From: Microcaecilia unicolor
Lineage: Eukaryota
Assembly: GCF_901765095.1 (NCBI RefSeq)
Contig: NW_021963017.1
Coordinates: 174,253-238,252, forward strand
Reading direction: 5' to 3'
Length of the DNA: 64,000 bases
Below, piece by piece: positions 25,615 through 39,549 of the stretch (the stretch's first letter is position 1; every line of letters begins with the position of its first letter). Both the position numbers and the translations under genes were made by a program. The notes under the pieces are model-generated. The model was given only the letters and a program-made list of their open reading frames with translations, had not been told where the DNA came from and ran no database searches.

Positions 25615-27060
25615 GAACCTAATTTTCCCTTCCTTGTAATCAACAGCAGATGAATCCATTAACTAATGGGATGTACCAAAGCACTCCCTAAGTAGGGTGG
25701 GAACAGGCAACTCCGCGAGCAAGCACTTGTGCTCCAAAATGCGCATCCTGCCGCGCTGCCACATCCAGCCTGTAATGCCACACGAAAGAGAGCTGAGAAG
25801 CTAGGTAGCCACACGACAGATATCCTGAAGAGGAAAAACACCCGTTTCAGCCCATGAAGAGGACATTGCCCTGGTAGAGTGTGCTTTAAACGCTTCAGGC
25901 GGCGACCGCCCTGAAAGCAGATAAGCCGAAAAAATTAGTTCCTTAAGCCATCGGGCTATAGTGGCCATAGAAGCCGGAAACCCCCGTTGGGGACCTGCCA
26001 ACAGAACAAATAAATTATCAGAATTCCTAAACTCATTTGACATCTGCAGATACTGCCACAGAGCCCTGCGGACATCCAAAAGGCGCAATTGCTCAAAGGA
26101 GTCCGGAAACGCCTCCTTAGAGAAGGAAGAAAGATGGGCTGGTTGAGGTGAAAAGCTGAAACCACCTTAGGCAGAAAAGAAGGCACCGTACGAACAGTTA
26201 CCCCAGATTCCGAGAACTGTAGAAAAGGATCCTGACAAGAAAGAGCCTGAAGCTCAGACATTCTTCTAGCCGACGTCATTGCCACTAAAAAAAACTGTCT
26301 TGAGAGTCACATCCTTCGCAGAAGCCCGTTTAAGAGGCTCAAACGGAGATCACTGGAGCACCTTCAACACGAGCCCCAGGTTCCAAGCTGGACAAGGCGA
26401 CCGCAAAGGACGACGGAGACGAAGCGCCCCTCTGAGAAAACGGAGAATATCCGGATGAGCAGCAAGGGACAATCTGGAGACTTTCCCCCAGAAGCAGGCC
26501 AACGCTGCCACTTGAACTCGAAGGGAATTGTAGGCCAGGCCCTTTTGTATCCCGTCCTGCAAAAAGTCCAGCAAGAGTGAGACTGTTGCCAGAGTCGGCA
26601 AGATAGACTTTGGCGTACACCACATTTCAAAAGTGCGCCAGATCCGAGCATAAGTCGTAGTCGTAGACCGCGTGCGAGCATGCAAGAGTGTGGCAATAAC
26701 CTTATTAGAATAGCCCTTGTCCCTCAATTGCACCCTCTCAAGAGCCAAGCCGGCCGTAAGACCAAAGCGGCAAGGATCTTCCATAGTCACCGGACCCTGA
26801 ACTAACAGGTTCGGAACCCGAGGCAAAGGAAGAGGCGCGTCCACCAGCATCCGCCCGAGATCCGCGTACCACGGATGCCTTGGCCAATCCAGAGCGATGA
26901 GAATCACCAATCTTCGGTGCAGATGAATCCGAAGTAGTACTCGCTCTATCAAGGGCCAAGGAGGGAACACATACAGGAGGCCCGAGGGCCAAGGTTGAGC
27001 CACAGCATCCAACCCCGCCAAGCGAGGATCACCAGGACCCAAAGCACTCCAAAACAAGTA
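25615..27060 (-). mobile_element. Second DIRS-like copy, 3' portion only
   Basis: The DIRS-type terminus ggagaacctaattttcccttccttgtaatcaacagcagatgaatccat is at 25615-25665. Minus-strand ORFs 25801-26285 read AHSTRAMSS...ICRVAT, a tyrosine recombinase. ORF 26350-27057 reads ...DWPRHPWYADLGRMLVDAPLPLP..., homologous to the pol end at 9800-9950. Confidence 0.7.
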
Positions 27061-27506
27061 AAGTCAGAAACAACACAGTTTATATCTAATTATTCAACCA
27101 TCCTTAGGATTCACCTTTAGGTTTAAAAAGCAAACCATGTGTATGTAAGGTCTGGATAAAAAAATGAAAACAATCAGTTTAAAGCAAATGTCCATATGTA
27201 ATACATGGTAACAATAATGAAACAATGATGGAATATTCACATAGCAGGCAGCCTGGGCAAACAGATGTATTTTCCACTGAATGTAACTAACTTTGTATGA
27301 ATGTGACAGCTAATAGTGTGCCGAACTGGACAATGTTGGCAGATTTACACTGACTCTGAACTTCAATCCACAAAACAAAAGTAGCAAGTTTCCACATGCC
27401 ATCTTTTTCTTTTGATGTAGGCACAGGAAAAAAAAAAGATTGAAAATGCTCTCCGTTTTCAACCTAATTCATGTTTAATGAGGGGTATAAATGTAATAAA
27501 TAAAGA

Positions 27507-27507
27507 A

Positions 27508-27556
<49 letters not shown>
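27507..27556. repeat. (GATA)n microsatellite
   Basis: About 12 perfect units. Confidence 0.95.
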
Positions 27557-27759
27557 ATCTCTGAATGCTGACCTGATTCTCATAACATGATGTCTGTTTT
27601 AATGGCCCTTTACCAGAAGAAAATAAAAATCTCTTAATGAATATAATACGTGCTAGGGTGTCTCTATAACTAGCCCCTTCAAATGACACACTGATTACGA
27701 ATTATAACAAACTAGTAAAAAAAAGGCCCGTTTCTGACACAAATGAAACGGGTGCTAGC

Positions 27760-28200
27760 AGGGTTTTCCTTGGAGTGTGTATGTTTGAGAGAGTGTATGC
27801 GAGAGTTACTGTGTGTGAGAGAGAGAGTGAATGTGCGAGTGTGAGAGAGAGAGAGTGAGTCTGGGTGCGAGTGTGTCTTTGAGAGAGAGAGTGTGTGTGT
27901 GTGTGTGTGAGAATGAGAGTGTGTGCAAGTGCGTATGTGATACACAGTGTGAGAGAGAGTGTGTTTCACACAGATACAGTGTGTGCGAGAGAGAGTGTGT
28001 GTGAGTCACAGTCTCTCTGTGAGACTGAGTGTATGAGACCAAGAGAGTGTGTGACTGTGTGACATAGAGTGAATGCCTCAGCACACAGAGTGTGTGAGAG
28101 CGAGAGAGAAAGACATTGACTGTGTGAGAAAAAGAGTGTGTGTGTGTGTGACAGAGATACCTCCCCCCCCCTCTCTTGTGTCAGCCCCCCCTCCCTCTCT
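27760..28200. repeat. Compound (GT)n/(GA)n low-complexity tract
   Basis: gtgtgtgagagagag reiteration. The overlapping HTHTH-type ORFs are artefacts. Confidence 0.85.
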
Positions 28201-28264
28201 CTCTCTCTCTGGTGTTTGAGCGTTACTGTGCAGGATACTGAGCTCTGGCTATGCTTCAAGGAAC

Positions 28265-28460
28265 TGACCAATCCTATTTAATAGAATGCACCTCCAACAT
28301 TCTGAAGCCAAGAAACCTCGTGTGGTTGGTCACTTCTGCTTGTGACGAACCCGGAAGTACGTGATGTCAATTCAGGAGATGGATACAGAGAGCAGGAATG
28401 CCTCAGCCATGCAGTCAGCTTCAGAATGTTGGAGGTGTGTTTTATTATATAGGATTACTA
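28265..28460. mobile_element. MITE-like element with ~35-bp terminal inverted repeats
   Basis: cctatttaatagaatgcacctccaacattctgaag...cttcagaatgttggaggtgtgttttattatatagg. Confidence 0.4.
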
Positions 28461-29149
28461 CTCCACCTGTGAATAGTTATTCCGTTAATATACTTCCTCT
28501 GTGTACATCCGTACGCTGCACAAGCAGGCATGTTTGAAAATATAAGCGAGATTAAATAGAAATAGAAATGCTACCAACATTCAATAAAGAGCGACAACGT
28601 AGATGCAGCTGCTCATAGGTTTGCTTGCTTTGTTTTGAGAGTACGGCAATGACGGCTGCGCGGGGAAAGGGGAAACTGAGAATGACCAACATGGGGTAAG
28701 ATCAGTGCGCATGCTCTTGGTACATCCGTGGGTGAGGGACCCGGGTGTGCACGTAAGTTCATTGCGTTCTATGGACTGACTCTCGAGCCAGTCCTGAGAG
28801 GGCTGCTGTGCTGATCTTAAAGAATCTTTGTGCTGCGCGAGGTGAGCGCCTCTATTTTTGTGTTCTGCTCAGGTGTCACGTTTGAGTCGAGGTGTATAGG
28901 GGGATCTAGTTTATCTCTCATCTCCCCTTAGTGAAATCACCAACAGCATAGAGATTCCCCGTTGTCCTTATCCTCGTGCATACCTTTTACTTTATATACT
29001 GTTCTTGAGATGTTTTCCACTCATTATAAAAAATTATTCTGAACTGAATTAAGCTATATATATAAACTGCCCCTCGTTTTTATTATTATGTTTTTTTTTA
29101 AGTAAATGCAGTTGTGGTTTTTTTTTTGTCCACTCTGCTTTCGTTTTCT

Positions 29150-30860
29150 TCCTCTTTTTTTTTTTTTTTGTTAAATCATCTTTATTAAGGTTATTTTGAC
29201 ATGACAGTCATACAAAATCATATAGAGCCGAATTATATTCGTTATTAACATGTTATGTATGTAAATATCAAGGAACATTACGCTTAAACTATGAAGCATA
29301 AAAATGAGCAGGCGAGAGGAAACATTCTTACGGTACAGTGGAGATTTTTGAGTGTTTAGGTAAATAATGATAAAACTTAAGCCATTTCCGCTTACATTTA
29401 CAAGTTGGGGAAATGAACTTTAGAGAAATGTCTTCTTATTCTTATTTCCTAAACAATAAAGTATTCCACCGTAAAAAATGGACAAGTTAGAATTATCTTT
29501 CCAATGCTGAATAAACAATTTTAGAGCTATGGAGATAAGAAAATCAGAGAGGCTTCATCTGAATAGAGAGTAAGACATTACTAGAGACACCCAAATAATG
29601 TGTTTAAAAGCTAAGGGTTCTGTAAACTGTATAATATCCTGTATTTTGGACCACATATCAAGCTAAAAGGTGTATACATTGTTACAATCAAATAATATAT
29701 ATTTAAATGAGCCTTTTTGCTTGGAGCAGGACCAAGATAAATTGGTAGAGGAAAAGTAAAACTTTAATATTCAAGTTAGTATGAAAGTATAGGCATTTGT
29801 AATCTGTGTCAGTTGAAAAATTGGGAGTTGGGGAGGGAAAATTCTTGTTGCAATTGTGCAAATGTTTTAAACTTTCCATTAGCTATTAATTGAGAGAGAA
29901 GTCACAGATTATTTTCCTTATACCAAAGGGCCCAATCAAATATCAATCTTTATTAAAGGACTAGTAAAAGAAGCCTGTTTCAGAGCTTTCGAAAATAAGC
30001 CTGATTCTGTTTTATCCCAATTCACTTTGTACCCTGATATGTGGGAAAAATCTTTAAAGTTTAATATATGAGGAATTGAATTGGGGGTAATATAGAGTGG
30101 ATTTTGTCTAAGTCCAATGGCTAAAGGTTCTGTTGCTAAATTAAATAAAGGGGGGCAGGGGGACACCCCTTTCATGTACCCCTGGATACAGAGAAAGCAG
30201 ACGAGCATATTATTGACAGACGATTTTGGTTTGGGGTTTCAAATACAGGATTTTAATCATATTAATAGGAGTGTCAAAACCAAACCAGAATAGAACCTTA
30301 AATAAGTAAGACCACTCTACTGTATCAAGTACCTTCTATGCATCCAGGGATAATGCAATCAAGGGCTGTGAATAATTAGGCGCTAAGGAAAATATATTAC
30401 AAAAAAGTCTTGAGTTATCTGTAGTGGATTTACTTGGTAAAAATCCATTCTGATCTGGATGGATTAATGACTGGAGAATGGAGGACAACCTTAAAGCCAG
30501 CAGTTTGGCATATATTTTACTGTCAAGATTTTATAAGTGAGATAGGTCTGTTATTCGCTACATAAGCAGGATCTTTTCCTGGTTTAGGGAGAATAGCAAT
30601 TTTGGCCTCTACAAAAGAGCCAAAGACTTTTTGATCAGTAATAATATTATAACAGGAATGCAAAAGGGGACAAAGGTCTGAAGAAAAGACTTTGTAAAAT
30701 TCGGCCAAGAGACAGTCGGTTCCTAACGCTTTATTTAATGGACATATTGTAATGGCTGACTTGATTTCTTCTAGCGTAATGGGGAAGTTAAGAGACTCCT
30801 TCTTTCTCTGCGGTGGTATTGCCGGACCCGTTGTCATTCTGGGCCCCGCCGGCATTGTCC
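29150..30860 (-). mobile_element. L1-like LINE fragment, 5'-truncated, with a poly(A) tail that reads as poly-T at 29150-29173
   Basis: Minus-strand ORF 30523-30855 reads ITLEEIKSAI...AEFYKVF...ILPKPGKDP...NNRPISLI, the start of the L1 RT. Minus-strand ORF 29936-30208 contains GVSPCPPLFNLATEPLAIGLRQ. Confidence 0.65.
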
Positions 30861-31180
30861 GCCTCCAGCTGCTGTTGTCTGCCTCTGGTGACCACTACCA
30901 TTCTCCTGGCCACATATTGCTGTTTCGCCTGCGCCTACTGGGTATTGTTACAGCTCCCAATTGTGGATCGCCTTGCCGTGAACTGTTCGAACCACTCTGG
31001 GCCATCTCCACATCTGGATTTCCACAGTCCATCTTAGTCTCTCTTCCCTTTCCCTTTTCCTTCTTACCCTGTTCCTTCTCCCCTATCCAATGTAATTGTA
31101 ATTGATTAATCTGTACATTGTAAGCCACTTTGAGTCTGCTTTAAGTGGAAAAAAGTGGGGTATAAATGTTCATAAATAAA
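30800..31180 (+). mobile_element. SINE with a ...gtggggtataaatgttcataaataaataaat 3' end
   Basis: The 3' end motif gtgggrtataaatgtaa(t/c)aaa recurs at 27465-27506, 33950-33990 and 52440-52490. Confidence 0.4.
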
Positions 31181-31914
31181 TAAATTGAGATTCCGTTAAA
31201 GTGGAATGGGAAAGTTGTGAGAAAAAAAGCATCTAAGTCTTTATCAGAGGTAGAAGACTGAGGAATATAGTGACTGATAGAAGTTTTGGAAAAGATTGGC
31301 AATATAATTTTTATTGACGATACCTTTTGAAGAGTCATTCAGTGAAGTTACTCTACTTTTGGTGCATTTACCTAAGGTAAGAGGCCAGGAGACGACCTGT
31401 CTGCTTTAACTTTCTATTCCATCCAAGGAGTACAATTCAGTTTGGGATGTGTTCTACCAAATTCGATGGGCTCAATCAGTTTCAACATGAGTTACTTAGC
31501 TGGCTTACCAGATTCAGCATGGTATCACTATTTTTCAGTTACAGAGAAATACAATCAAAGAGGTTCGGTAGTTGGTGATGATTCAGAGCTGGCTTAGTTA
31601 CCCTACTAGAAGAAGAAGAAACAAAACAGCAAAGATGACCAAAAAATATAAAAAAAAAAAAATATATATATATAAAATACATCAAAATTTAAAATTAATC
31701 ATAAAATATGTATTTAAAAGATGAATCCATCAAAATCAAAAAATTACATAAAAAAGACGACACTTTGGATGTAAAAATGAAGAATCAACTTTATTAGCCA
31801 AACTGTAGCAGGGAGAAAGGGACTCGACACAGCTGTGTTTCGGCCGTACTGGCCTGCGTTAGGAGTCTTCTCTGCCGTCTGTTGATTATTAATTCTATCC
31901 AAATATAAAAAGAA

Positions 31915-32045
31915 TATGTGTGTCAATAAACTGAAGCTGTAGTGCTCAATTGTACTGGAAACAAAGCTGCTCTGATCTCTGCTCAACAACTTTGTTTCCA
32001 GTACAATTGAGCACTATAGCTTCAGTTTATTGACACACATGCACT
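31915..32045. repeat. Hairpin or inverted repeat of ~130 bp, followed at 32040-32650 by a degenerate tandem array of gcagctg-containing units
   Basis: gtgtgtcaataaactgaagctgtagtgctcaattgtactggaaacaaagctg...cagctttgtttccagtacaattgagcactatagcttcagtttattgacacacat. Confidence 0.6.
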
Positions 32046-33794
32046 TGCCAAAGCTAACGTATTACATGCAGCATCCACAGCTATAACTTCAGCTGCAGGG
32101 GCCAGCTGCATGATGTAGCTGTGGTAACAGACCTTTATCACTCTGCTGCCTGAATAGCACCAGTTACTGCAACTGTTGTATGGTTCCAGCTACTGCAGCT
32201 GCCAGTTTTACACTAGCTTCAATAGCACCTGTATAACACCAGATACCGTGGCCACCTGTATAGACTGACTATATGGCATCATCTACAGTGGACTCCTGTA
32301 TGTATACAGCTGCTCACCTGCCTTTCTAACTCCAACTACAGCGGTGGCCTGGATATCTCCAGTTTTTGGCATCCATGTGTATAGCTCTAGCTGCTGCGGC
32401 TACATGTATTCAACAATGAAGACCCACCATAGCTGATTGTGCAACTGTATAAGAGATTTGATTGTGGCATCCATGAAATACTGGTACTGTGCAACCCAGG
32501 TGGTGGTTGCAGGCAAGGAAAATAGGTGTTTACTTAAGCTGAGTAGTACTGGCAGTTGTTGCAGCTATAGAAGCGACCCAGTTGTTGCAGCTGTGCAAAA
32601 CAGGTGACTATTGCAAGTGCACAACAGAGGTAGTGGTGTATGGCTTTGGTATAAATTATTGCCTTAAATTTTTGGGGATTTATATTTGCAGCTACATGTA
32701 TAGCATATCTTGATGCATTTACTTATGGTGCATGGGTGCTCCAGTAGACTGCCTTCTTTGGTTTTAGTGGCTGACTCTTCTACTCTGCTCAACTATTTAT
32801 TACGGTTTCACCAGTTGCCCATAATGGTTCAGGCTATAGAAACCACATACTTTGTGCGATTCTACAATCTAGATGTTTTTGCACAGCTAACATTTCATTT
32901 GATAGTCCACCAGTTGCCATATGGCAGCTGAATGGTTAACAGTAAAAGTTCAAGAGGAACACAAATAAGGGAGCAAGAATGGGATACAGTCTAAATTAGG
33001 AAGTAAAAAGCCAAGCAGCCACTGCTGTTACACAGCTTCAGGAAGTCTCTAATATTGTAGTTCTATTTTGAACCTAATAGGCTCCCATCTCTGGGTGTCT
33101 CATATTTCATGGCATGTCTCAGGGCCCATATGCTCTCTTCTTGCTCTTATAAAGATATTTGGGGTTTTATGTCTGAATAGGGCATTTTGTGGCACAAGGT
33201 CAGTCGATAGCCATTTTATTTAGACACCGTTGGTCTATCTTCTATATTCTACCAAAAGGGGATTCTTCAATTTGCTAGATTTTCCCTGGTTGTCACAGAT
33301 GTAGACAGGGAAACACATTGGCTTTTCAGCTCCTGATAGCTTGCTTATGTTTCCTTCTCTGGATATTCAATTCCTTCATGACTTCCATTGTAGTTACAAT
33401 ATTCCTTTCATAGATATACTTTGATCTTAGGCTGTCACCTTCAAAGGTCCATTGAAGAAAAACATCAGTTGGGTTTGTTCTCGGTTACACATCTCCTCTA
33501 TGTTCTATCAGTGCTATTTTCTATTATTCCTACTTATCATGGGACTTGATTCCTTCTCCTCTTCTATACTGTCTTTCCAGAGTCCTTCTGATTGATCTTG
33601 GTTCTCTCTACTGGGTACCACTGGAAAGGACCTCTAAAGCTATTCCAATTTCTCTCTATCAGTTACTTATTTATATATATATTTGATTGGGGAGATTTAT
33701 GATGCGTTTGTTTGCAAAATTCTCTCTTTTGAATGTTTCAAACTTTTAGTCCTGGCCTATGTTGAGGCCACTAGTTTACTTACATCTCACTTGT

Positions 33795-34960
33795 CTGGAT
33801 TGGTCTGATAGGATGCTAAGGAACGAAAAATAGTGTCTTGCCTAATAACTTTCTTTCCTTTAGTCCTATCACACCAGTCCAGAATCCCTCCCTGGTTAAC
33901 TTTGTTTTGGTTACAAACTATTTTTCAGATATCAAACTCATTGAACTCAAACTTGTTTGGGAAAAATGTGGGATATAAATGTAACAAAGAAACTATCAAA
34001 CACATCACTCCAATATAGTGTCACAGTGGGGATTCAGATCTGAAAGATAAAATATATTAAATTTTTAAAAATAGCCTTAGTGTAACAGGGAGTCTGACTT
34101 CTATGCTCCACTGTAAATATTACCATCACAGGCTTCCACCACCTTCCGAAAAAAAAAAAAAAAACCACAGAGAAAAACTCCCAGAATATTTAAAAAAAGT
34201 GTAAAGAAGTGGGAGAAAAGTCTGTGTTTAAAAACAGAAGGGAGGGTAACACAATTTAACACAATACAGATCCAAATGCCCACAACACTAAATCTCACTA
34301 TGAATATGAATCACCCAAATAGACACTAATTAACAATCCCTCACTAGACTAAAATCTTAATTCAAAAAGAGAAGCCTTCCTGCAAGTAAAGAGAAAATAG
34401 AGCAAAGACTCTTATAACATTCCTAGAATTGCTTAAACTTACATCCACACTAATGAATGGATTCTAATTCTAACAAAAAGTAAACTTTACTTAGCTCAGA
34501 ACATCCAAATTGTCCTGACAAAGGTACAGTCTCATAAGATTTTCACAGTCTGTGGGGTTTCTCCAAAATTAAAGTGTCCAATTTATATTATCCTTCTGGC
34601 AAAAATGTCCAATTTCCTTGTTTTTCGACAGTAGGAAATCCTTCTGTTTCGCTATCTTCATCAGGAGAAATACATAGCAGTGCATAAAAACTGCTTTACA
34701 AGTTGGATAACCTATGGAACTTTGTAAGTCTAAGTGCTTTGAAAATGAGCCCCTTAGTCTCAAGTTTCAATATTGACTATAAGGTGGATTTTGAGCACCA
34801 TTGCTTTGCTGTTCAAAATAGTGAAATTCTGTGCTGCATGATACACTTAAGGGGCAAATCACTTGAACTATTTTCTTTTTCTGTCTTTGTACGCTGGTAG
34901 ATAACCCCATTTGTCTGGACTGGTCTGATAAGACTAAAGGGAAGAACATTATCAGGTAAG
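33795..34960. mobile_element. Element or elements bounded by a variant DIRS-type terminus
   Basis: The hairpin-paired termini at 33795-33885 read gtctggattggtctgatagga...tcctatcacaccagtccagaa. The matching terminus at 34895-34960 reads gtctggactggtctgataagactaaagggaagaacattatcaggtaag. Confidence 0.35.
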
Positions 34961-35489
34961 ACATAACTTTTCCGTACATGTGCATGGGACAGCAGTTTTC
35001 AAAGGCCATGTATCTGATGAAATGTCAATTTAACCAGATAAAAGGGCTGTCTGACAACTGCCAACCATAAAGGTGGCCAGAGGTATGTGTGATGTTCCTC
35101 AACACACATATTTTTGGCCTAATTTGAAGACTGCAGTCCCAGCAGAGGAAAATAATGTACGCGGATTCCATGTAGAAAGCATCACAAAAAAATCAAGTAC
35201 ATACATCCATGACTACTTTGTACCCATGGCAATACACGAGTACATTGATTGTACCCATTGCAGTTTTAAAAGTGAAAGTATACAACTACTTTCAGTCGGA
35301 AAATTGTGCAGAGACTGGGTAAAAGTTTGAGAATTGGCTGCTTTCTGATGCTAAAAGTTTCTTGAGTCTGAGACCTGGAAAGATGAGAGACTGAATGAGT
35401 TTTTTTGGGTAGGATTAAAAATACAAAGGAAAAGGCTCTTAACAGAAAGTGAACTTCCTTATTCCTCTAGCCTAAATTTCTGCATTCAT

Positions 35490-36230
35490 AGTATAGTAAC
35501 ATAGTAGATGACGGCAGAAAAAGACCTGCACGGTCCATCCAGTCTGCCCAAGAAGATAAATTCATATGTGCTACTTTTTTATTTGTACTGTCCTCTTCAG
35601 GGCACAGACCGTATAAGTCTGGCCAGCCCTATTCCTGCCTCCCAACCACCAACCCCGCCTCCCACCACCAGCTCTGGCATAGACTATATAAGTCTGCCCA
35701 GCACTATCCTCGCCTCCCAACTACCAGTCCCGCCTCCCACTACCAGCTCTGGCACAGACCGTATAAGTCTGCCCAGCACTAGTCCCGCCTCCCAACCACC
35801 AGCCCCAGCACAGACTGTATATGTCTGCCCAGCACTAGCTCCGCCTCCCAACCACCAGCTCTGCCACCCATTCTAGGCTAAGCTCCTGAGGATCCCTTCC
35901 TTCTGCACAGGATTCCTTTATGTTTATCCCATGCATGTTTGAATTCCGTTACCGTTTTCATCTCCACCACCTCCCGCGGGAGGGCATTCCAAGCATCCAC
36001 CACCCTCTCCGTGAAAAAATACTTCCTGACATTCTTTTTGAGTCTGCCCCCCTTCAAATACTTCCTGACATTCTTCTTGAGTCTGCCCCCTTCAAATACT
36101 TCCTGACATTCTTCTTGAGTGTGCCCCCCTTCATGCAACAGAAAGTTTATATAGGTAGACAGAAGATGGATAAAGAGGTGAGTTAACAGCAAAAGGAAAA
36201 GAAGAAATTGCAGAGAAATTCTTAACAAGG
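35490..36230 (-). mobile_element. LINE-like 3' region with internal tandem repeats
   Basis: Minus-strand ORF 35878-36228 ends ...FFTERVVDAWNALPREVVEMKTVTEFKHAWDKHKGIL*. A ~61-bp tandem unit repeats 4.5 times at 35590-35870 and a ~38-bp unit 3 times at 36020-36130. Related copies lie at 43795-44160 and 44800-45125. Confidence 0.4.
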
Positions 36231-37961
36231 TGCTTTTTTTATCCTCATGTTATTGGTATGTGCTGCAGTATTCACAATGACCATACGATATCAGTGTAAT
36301 CTATTACAATACTTTACCTTTTGGCCATTCCTGGAACTGCAGTGAAAAAAGTGATTTTATTTGTCTGCAATTTTGCATTCAGTCTGTAAGTTTTCCAAAA
36401 ATATTTCCAGGTTTTATATGGACCTGTATTCTGATAATTTGGTTCCTGTAAGTTCAGTGGTTCAGAAAAAAAACATTTTTTCCCCAGCTAAATCCCTAAG
36501 GGGCCATTTTATTAAAACTTAGCTGTGCTAGCGGCTGTTGTGCGGTAATGCATTTTGAATGAGCTTTGTCAGCATTACCGCACTGGCAGCTGCTAGCACG
36601 GCTTGGTAAAAGGGGGCCTTAGCGTGCACTAACAGACATTAATGTACACAGAGTCATGTGGTCCTGGTCTCTTTACCATTTCTTCTTGTTTTAGCTTTCT
36701 TCTAAGTCTTCCATTTTCTCTTTCTTCACTCTCCCTGTTTTATTCCGTTTCTTCCTACATCTGTTTCTAACGTTGATCCTTCTTTCATCTTTTTTTCTTT
36801 CCTTTTCTGTCATCTGACTTTTTAACTACCTATAGCTTGATTTTATTACATCTTCTGCCCCCTCCTGTCTTTAGTCTCCTCCTTTTCACCTTTCAGATAG
36901 TTACCAGCTTTCTATTTCCTCTTCTTATCCCTTTGTCCTTCCATTCCCTATCTCTCTCTCATCCCTTCACCAGCCATGCCACTCATCCCTTGTACACATC
37001 TAGACCCTTTCTTATGCCTTGCCTCTATGCAGACTACCATCTTTCCTCATTTTCACTGTCTCTCACCTTTCAGTTGCCTTCCAACCCCTCCCCACACCCT
37101 CCAGGTCCTTCAAAAGTTTCACCCCCATTTATCTGCACTCAGTCTCATAGCCCTCACCTGATCACCATTGCCCTTCCTTTCTTTGCTCAATGTCTTACTC
37201 CCCTGTTTGCTAAGCTGCGCGGCAATGCCGACACAGCTCATTCAAAGTGAATGGACTGTGTCGGCATTATCGCACCAGCAGCCACTGGCATAGCTTAATA
37301 AATGGGGGTGGGGGGGGGTGTTAGTCCCCACTATCCCCCCATGTAATCCGTAAGTTCTTGCACTTCAATCCTACCCAAATCATGAGTCTTCACATTCGCA
37401 GTACCCATCCACTCTTAGTCTGTCTTCTTCTTCTGATCTCCCACACAATCTTAGAGTCTCTGCTAAGTCTGAGTTCCTGCTCTCCTACATCCCTGTGCCC
37501 TTAGTATTTGCCATCCTGTCTCTTTACATCCATTACCTCTGCCTTTACCCCATACTTATCTATTCTTCCCTAGTGTTTCCCCTGCATATGTCCTTGTTTC
37601 TTCCTCTCCTTTCTCCCAGTATAACCATTGGCCGTGGTCCCCATCTCCCAGCCTCGGCCATCTTCTCTCAACATTACCTCAGCCCCTGCTCTCTTGCTCC
37701 AGCTCCATCATTGGCATTGGTCCCAGCATCGGCATCAGTCCCTACCCCCCAACATTAACGGTGCCTGTCGTTTGACCCACACCCTGCTCCATGCTCAACA
37801 CTAGCAGTGCTGGTCAATCTGTTCTTGTTATCTAACTACTCTCACGCTTGACTCTGTGGTCTGCTCTGAGGACTAGGACAGTACGCTGCTGAGAAGCCCT
37901 AATCTTTGGAGTCACTCACTTAATGCCTGACTCGGTCCTACTTGTTGATGGAAAAAGAAAT

Positions 37962-38225
37962 GTTGCTCACCTGTAACAAATGTTTTCCATAGACAGCAGG
38001 ATTGATAAGGCAAGCAATCATTCCCATCTCCCCGAGAGTTGTCTAACCCTAATGAGCTTAGTAGCTGAGGAGACCACTGTGTGTGAGAGGGGCTGTGCAT
38101 ACTCAGAATTTTGCACTAAAGTTCTAAGCTATTTTTTAAATAATTCTGTCCCAGCACCTTTGGATGATGTCACCCATTTATCAATCCTGCTGTCTATGGA
38201 AAATCACGTGTTACAGGTGAGCACC
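37962..38225. mobile_element. MITE with ~45-bp terminal inverted repeats, immediately upstream of the PARP4 start-codon exon
   Basis: tgctcacctgtaacaaatgttttccatagacagcaggattgataag ... ttatcaatcctgctgtctatggaaaatcacgtgttacaggtgagca. Confidence 0.5.
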
Positions 38226-38269
38226 ATTGTTATTTAACAATTAAAATGTTTTGATTTTGTTTTGACAGG

Positions 38270-38401
38270 ATGGCTGTGGGAATCTTTGCAAACTGTGTGT
38301 TCTTTCTGAAAGTGACCCGTTTATCTGTTCTGGACAAGAAAAAGATTAAAAGTCACATACAAGAAAATGGGGGAGTCATTTCTTTTGTGCTAAATAAAAA
38401 G
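38270..38401 (+). CDS. PARP4: PARP4 (vault poly(ADP-ribose) polymerase) first coding exon, holding the start codon
   Basis: The acceptor ttttgacag|G precedes the ATG. The peptide MAVGIFANCVFFLKVTRLSVLDKKKIKSHIQENGGVISFVLNKK aligns with the human PARP4 N-terminus MVMGIFANCIFCLKVKYLPQQQKKKLQTDIKENGGKFSFSLNPQ, quoted from memory. The donor is AAG|gtattg. Confidence 0.8.
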
Positions 38402-38919
38402 GTATTGAAACTGTTTTTCTCTTTTTTTCTAGATAACTTTTATAAATAAAACAAATCCAGAGTAGTGTGCTACTTAAACCAGTTCAATTTATGCAAGTGT
38501 ACAATAAAAAGAAGAGGTTTAGTGTTTGTCAAAGGGAAATTGTATTGCATTAAATAACTGAAAGGTTAAAATTAGCTTGTGAGCAGGAGAGCGCATGAGC
38601 ATCTGGCTTCAGGTGATATGTAACAAATGAGTCAGGCAAATGGGGTCATTCATACCTGCAAACAGAACCACAGGTAAAAAGAGGCAAATAGCATTCTTCC
38701 AGAAAAGTCTTAAATATCACAATGTCTTTGCTATACATTTTAATGTGTGTGTGTTTTTTTTAAATATTTATTGAGGTACAAGACATTCACATTCATGCAA
38801 CAAAATGAAAAGACATAGTCCTAAACCACAATTCACAGCAAATGAACAGATTGAAATATAAACAACAACAAAAGACAGTACCCTCAGCTGAGTACTATTT
38901 TAACATCCTGCCCAATTTT

Positions 38920-39480
38920 AATTACCCAACAGACAGCCCCCTCCCCACTCCTGGAACATCTGCAGGTCCCTGAAATAGTGCAACATAAAGTTGCCAAAGG
39001 GAACGATAAGCCTGATTCATCAGCTTTTGGTTAGACTTAAGCTGTTCCTGCTCCCAACGAGCCATCTGAAGCATCTGTGCATTCCAGTGTTGCAAGGGTG
39101 GCGGGCTTTCAGCAACCCAGTGTACCAGTGTGGTCTTCCTGGCCAACATTAATGCTACACAGATAAAACGACCCTGAGAATCAAGTATACCCTGTCCACG
39201 TAAAGCAGATTCATCCCCAAAAGTAACACTCGGTAAGACCATTCAATGGTTAAATTAATCACTCGCCCCGAAGATGCAAGATCCAAAAGTCCCGTATTTT
39301 CATACATTCAAGGAAGTGATTGACAAGAGTGCCCACCGCACAATGGCATATCACACAGGTATCATCAGCCCAAAGACCCATCTGCTTCCCCCTAGAGCTA
39401 GTGATAAAAGCTCTGTACAATAGCTTGAACTGCACCTCATGCAGACTAGCACTGGGAATGGCCTTGAAGGCCAACACAAA
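38920..39480 (-). mobile_element. LINE (CR1/L2/RTE-like) ORF2 C-terminal fragment
   Basis: The minus-strand ORFs read ...LHEVQFKLLYRAFITSSRGKQMGLWADDTCVICHCAVGTLVNHFLECMKIRDFW, then ...ICVALMLARKTTLVHWVAESPPPLQHW. That is the usual C-terminal Cys/His domain of LINE ORF2. Confidence 0.5.
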
Positions 39481-39549
39481 GCAAGCAGCCAGTTCTGACT
39501 CAGATAAGTCCTCTCCCAGCTGCCCAGTCCACCATGAGGCCAAATGAGA

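Noticed and set aside
27712-28271. ORFs encoding HTHTHSLSLS-type peptides
   Set aside because: They are translation artefacts of the (GT)n/(GA)n microsatellite.
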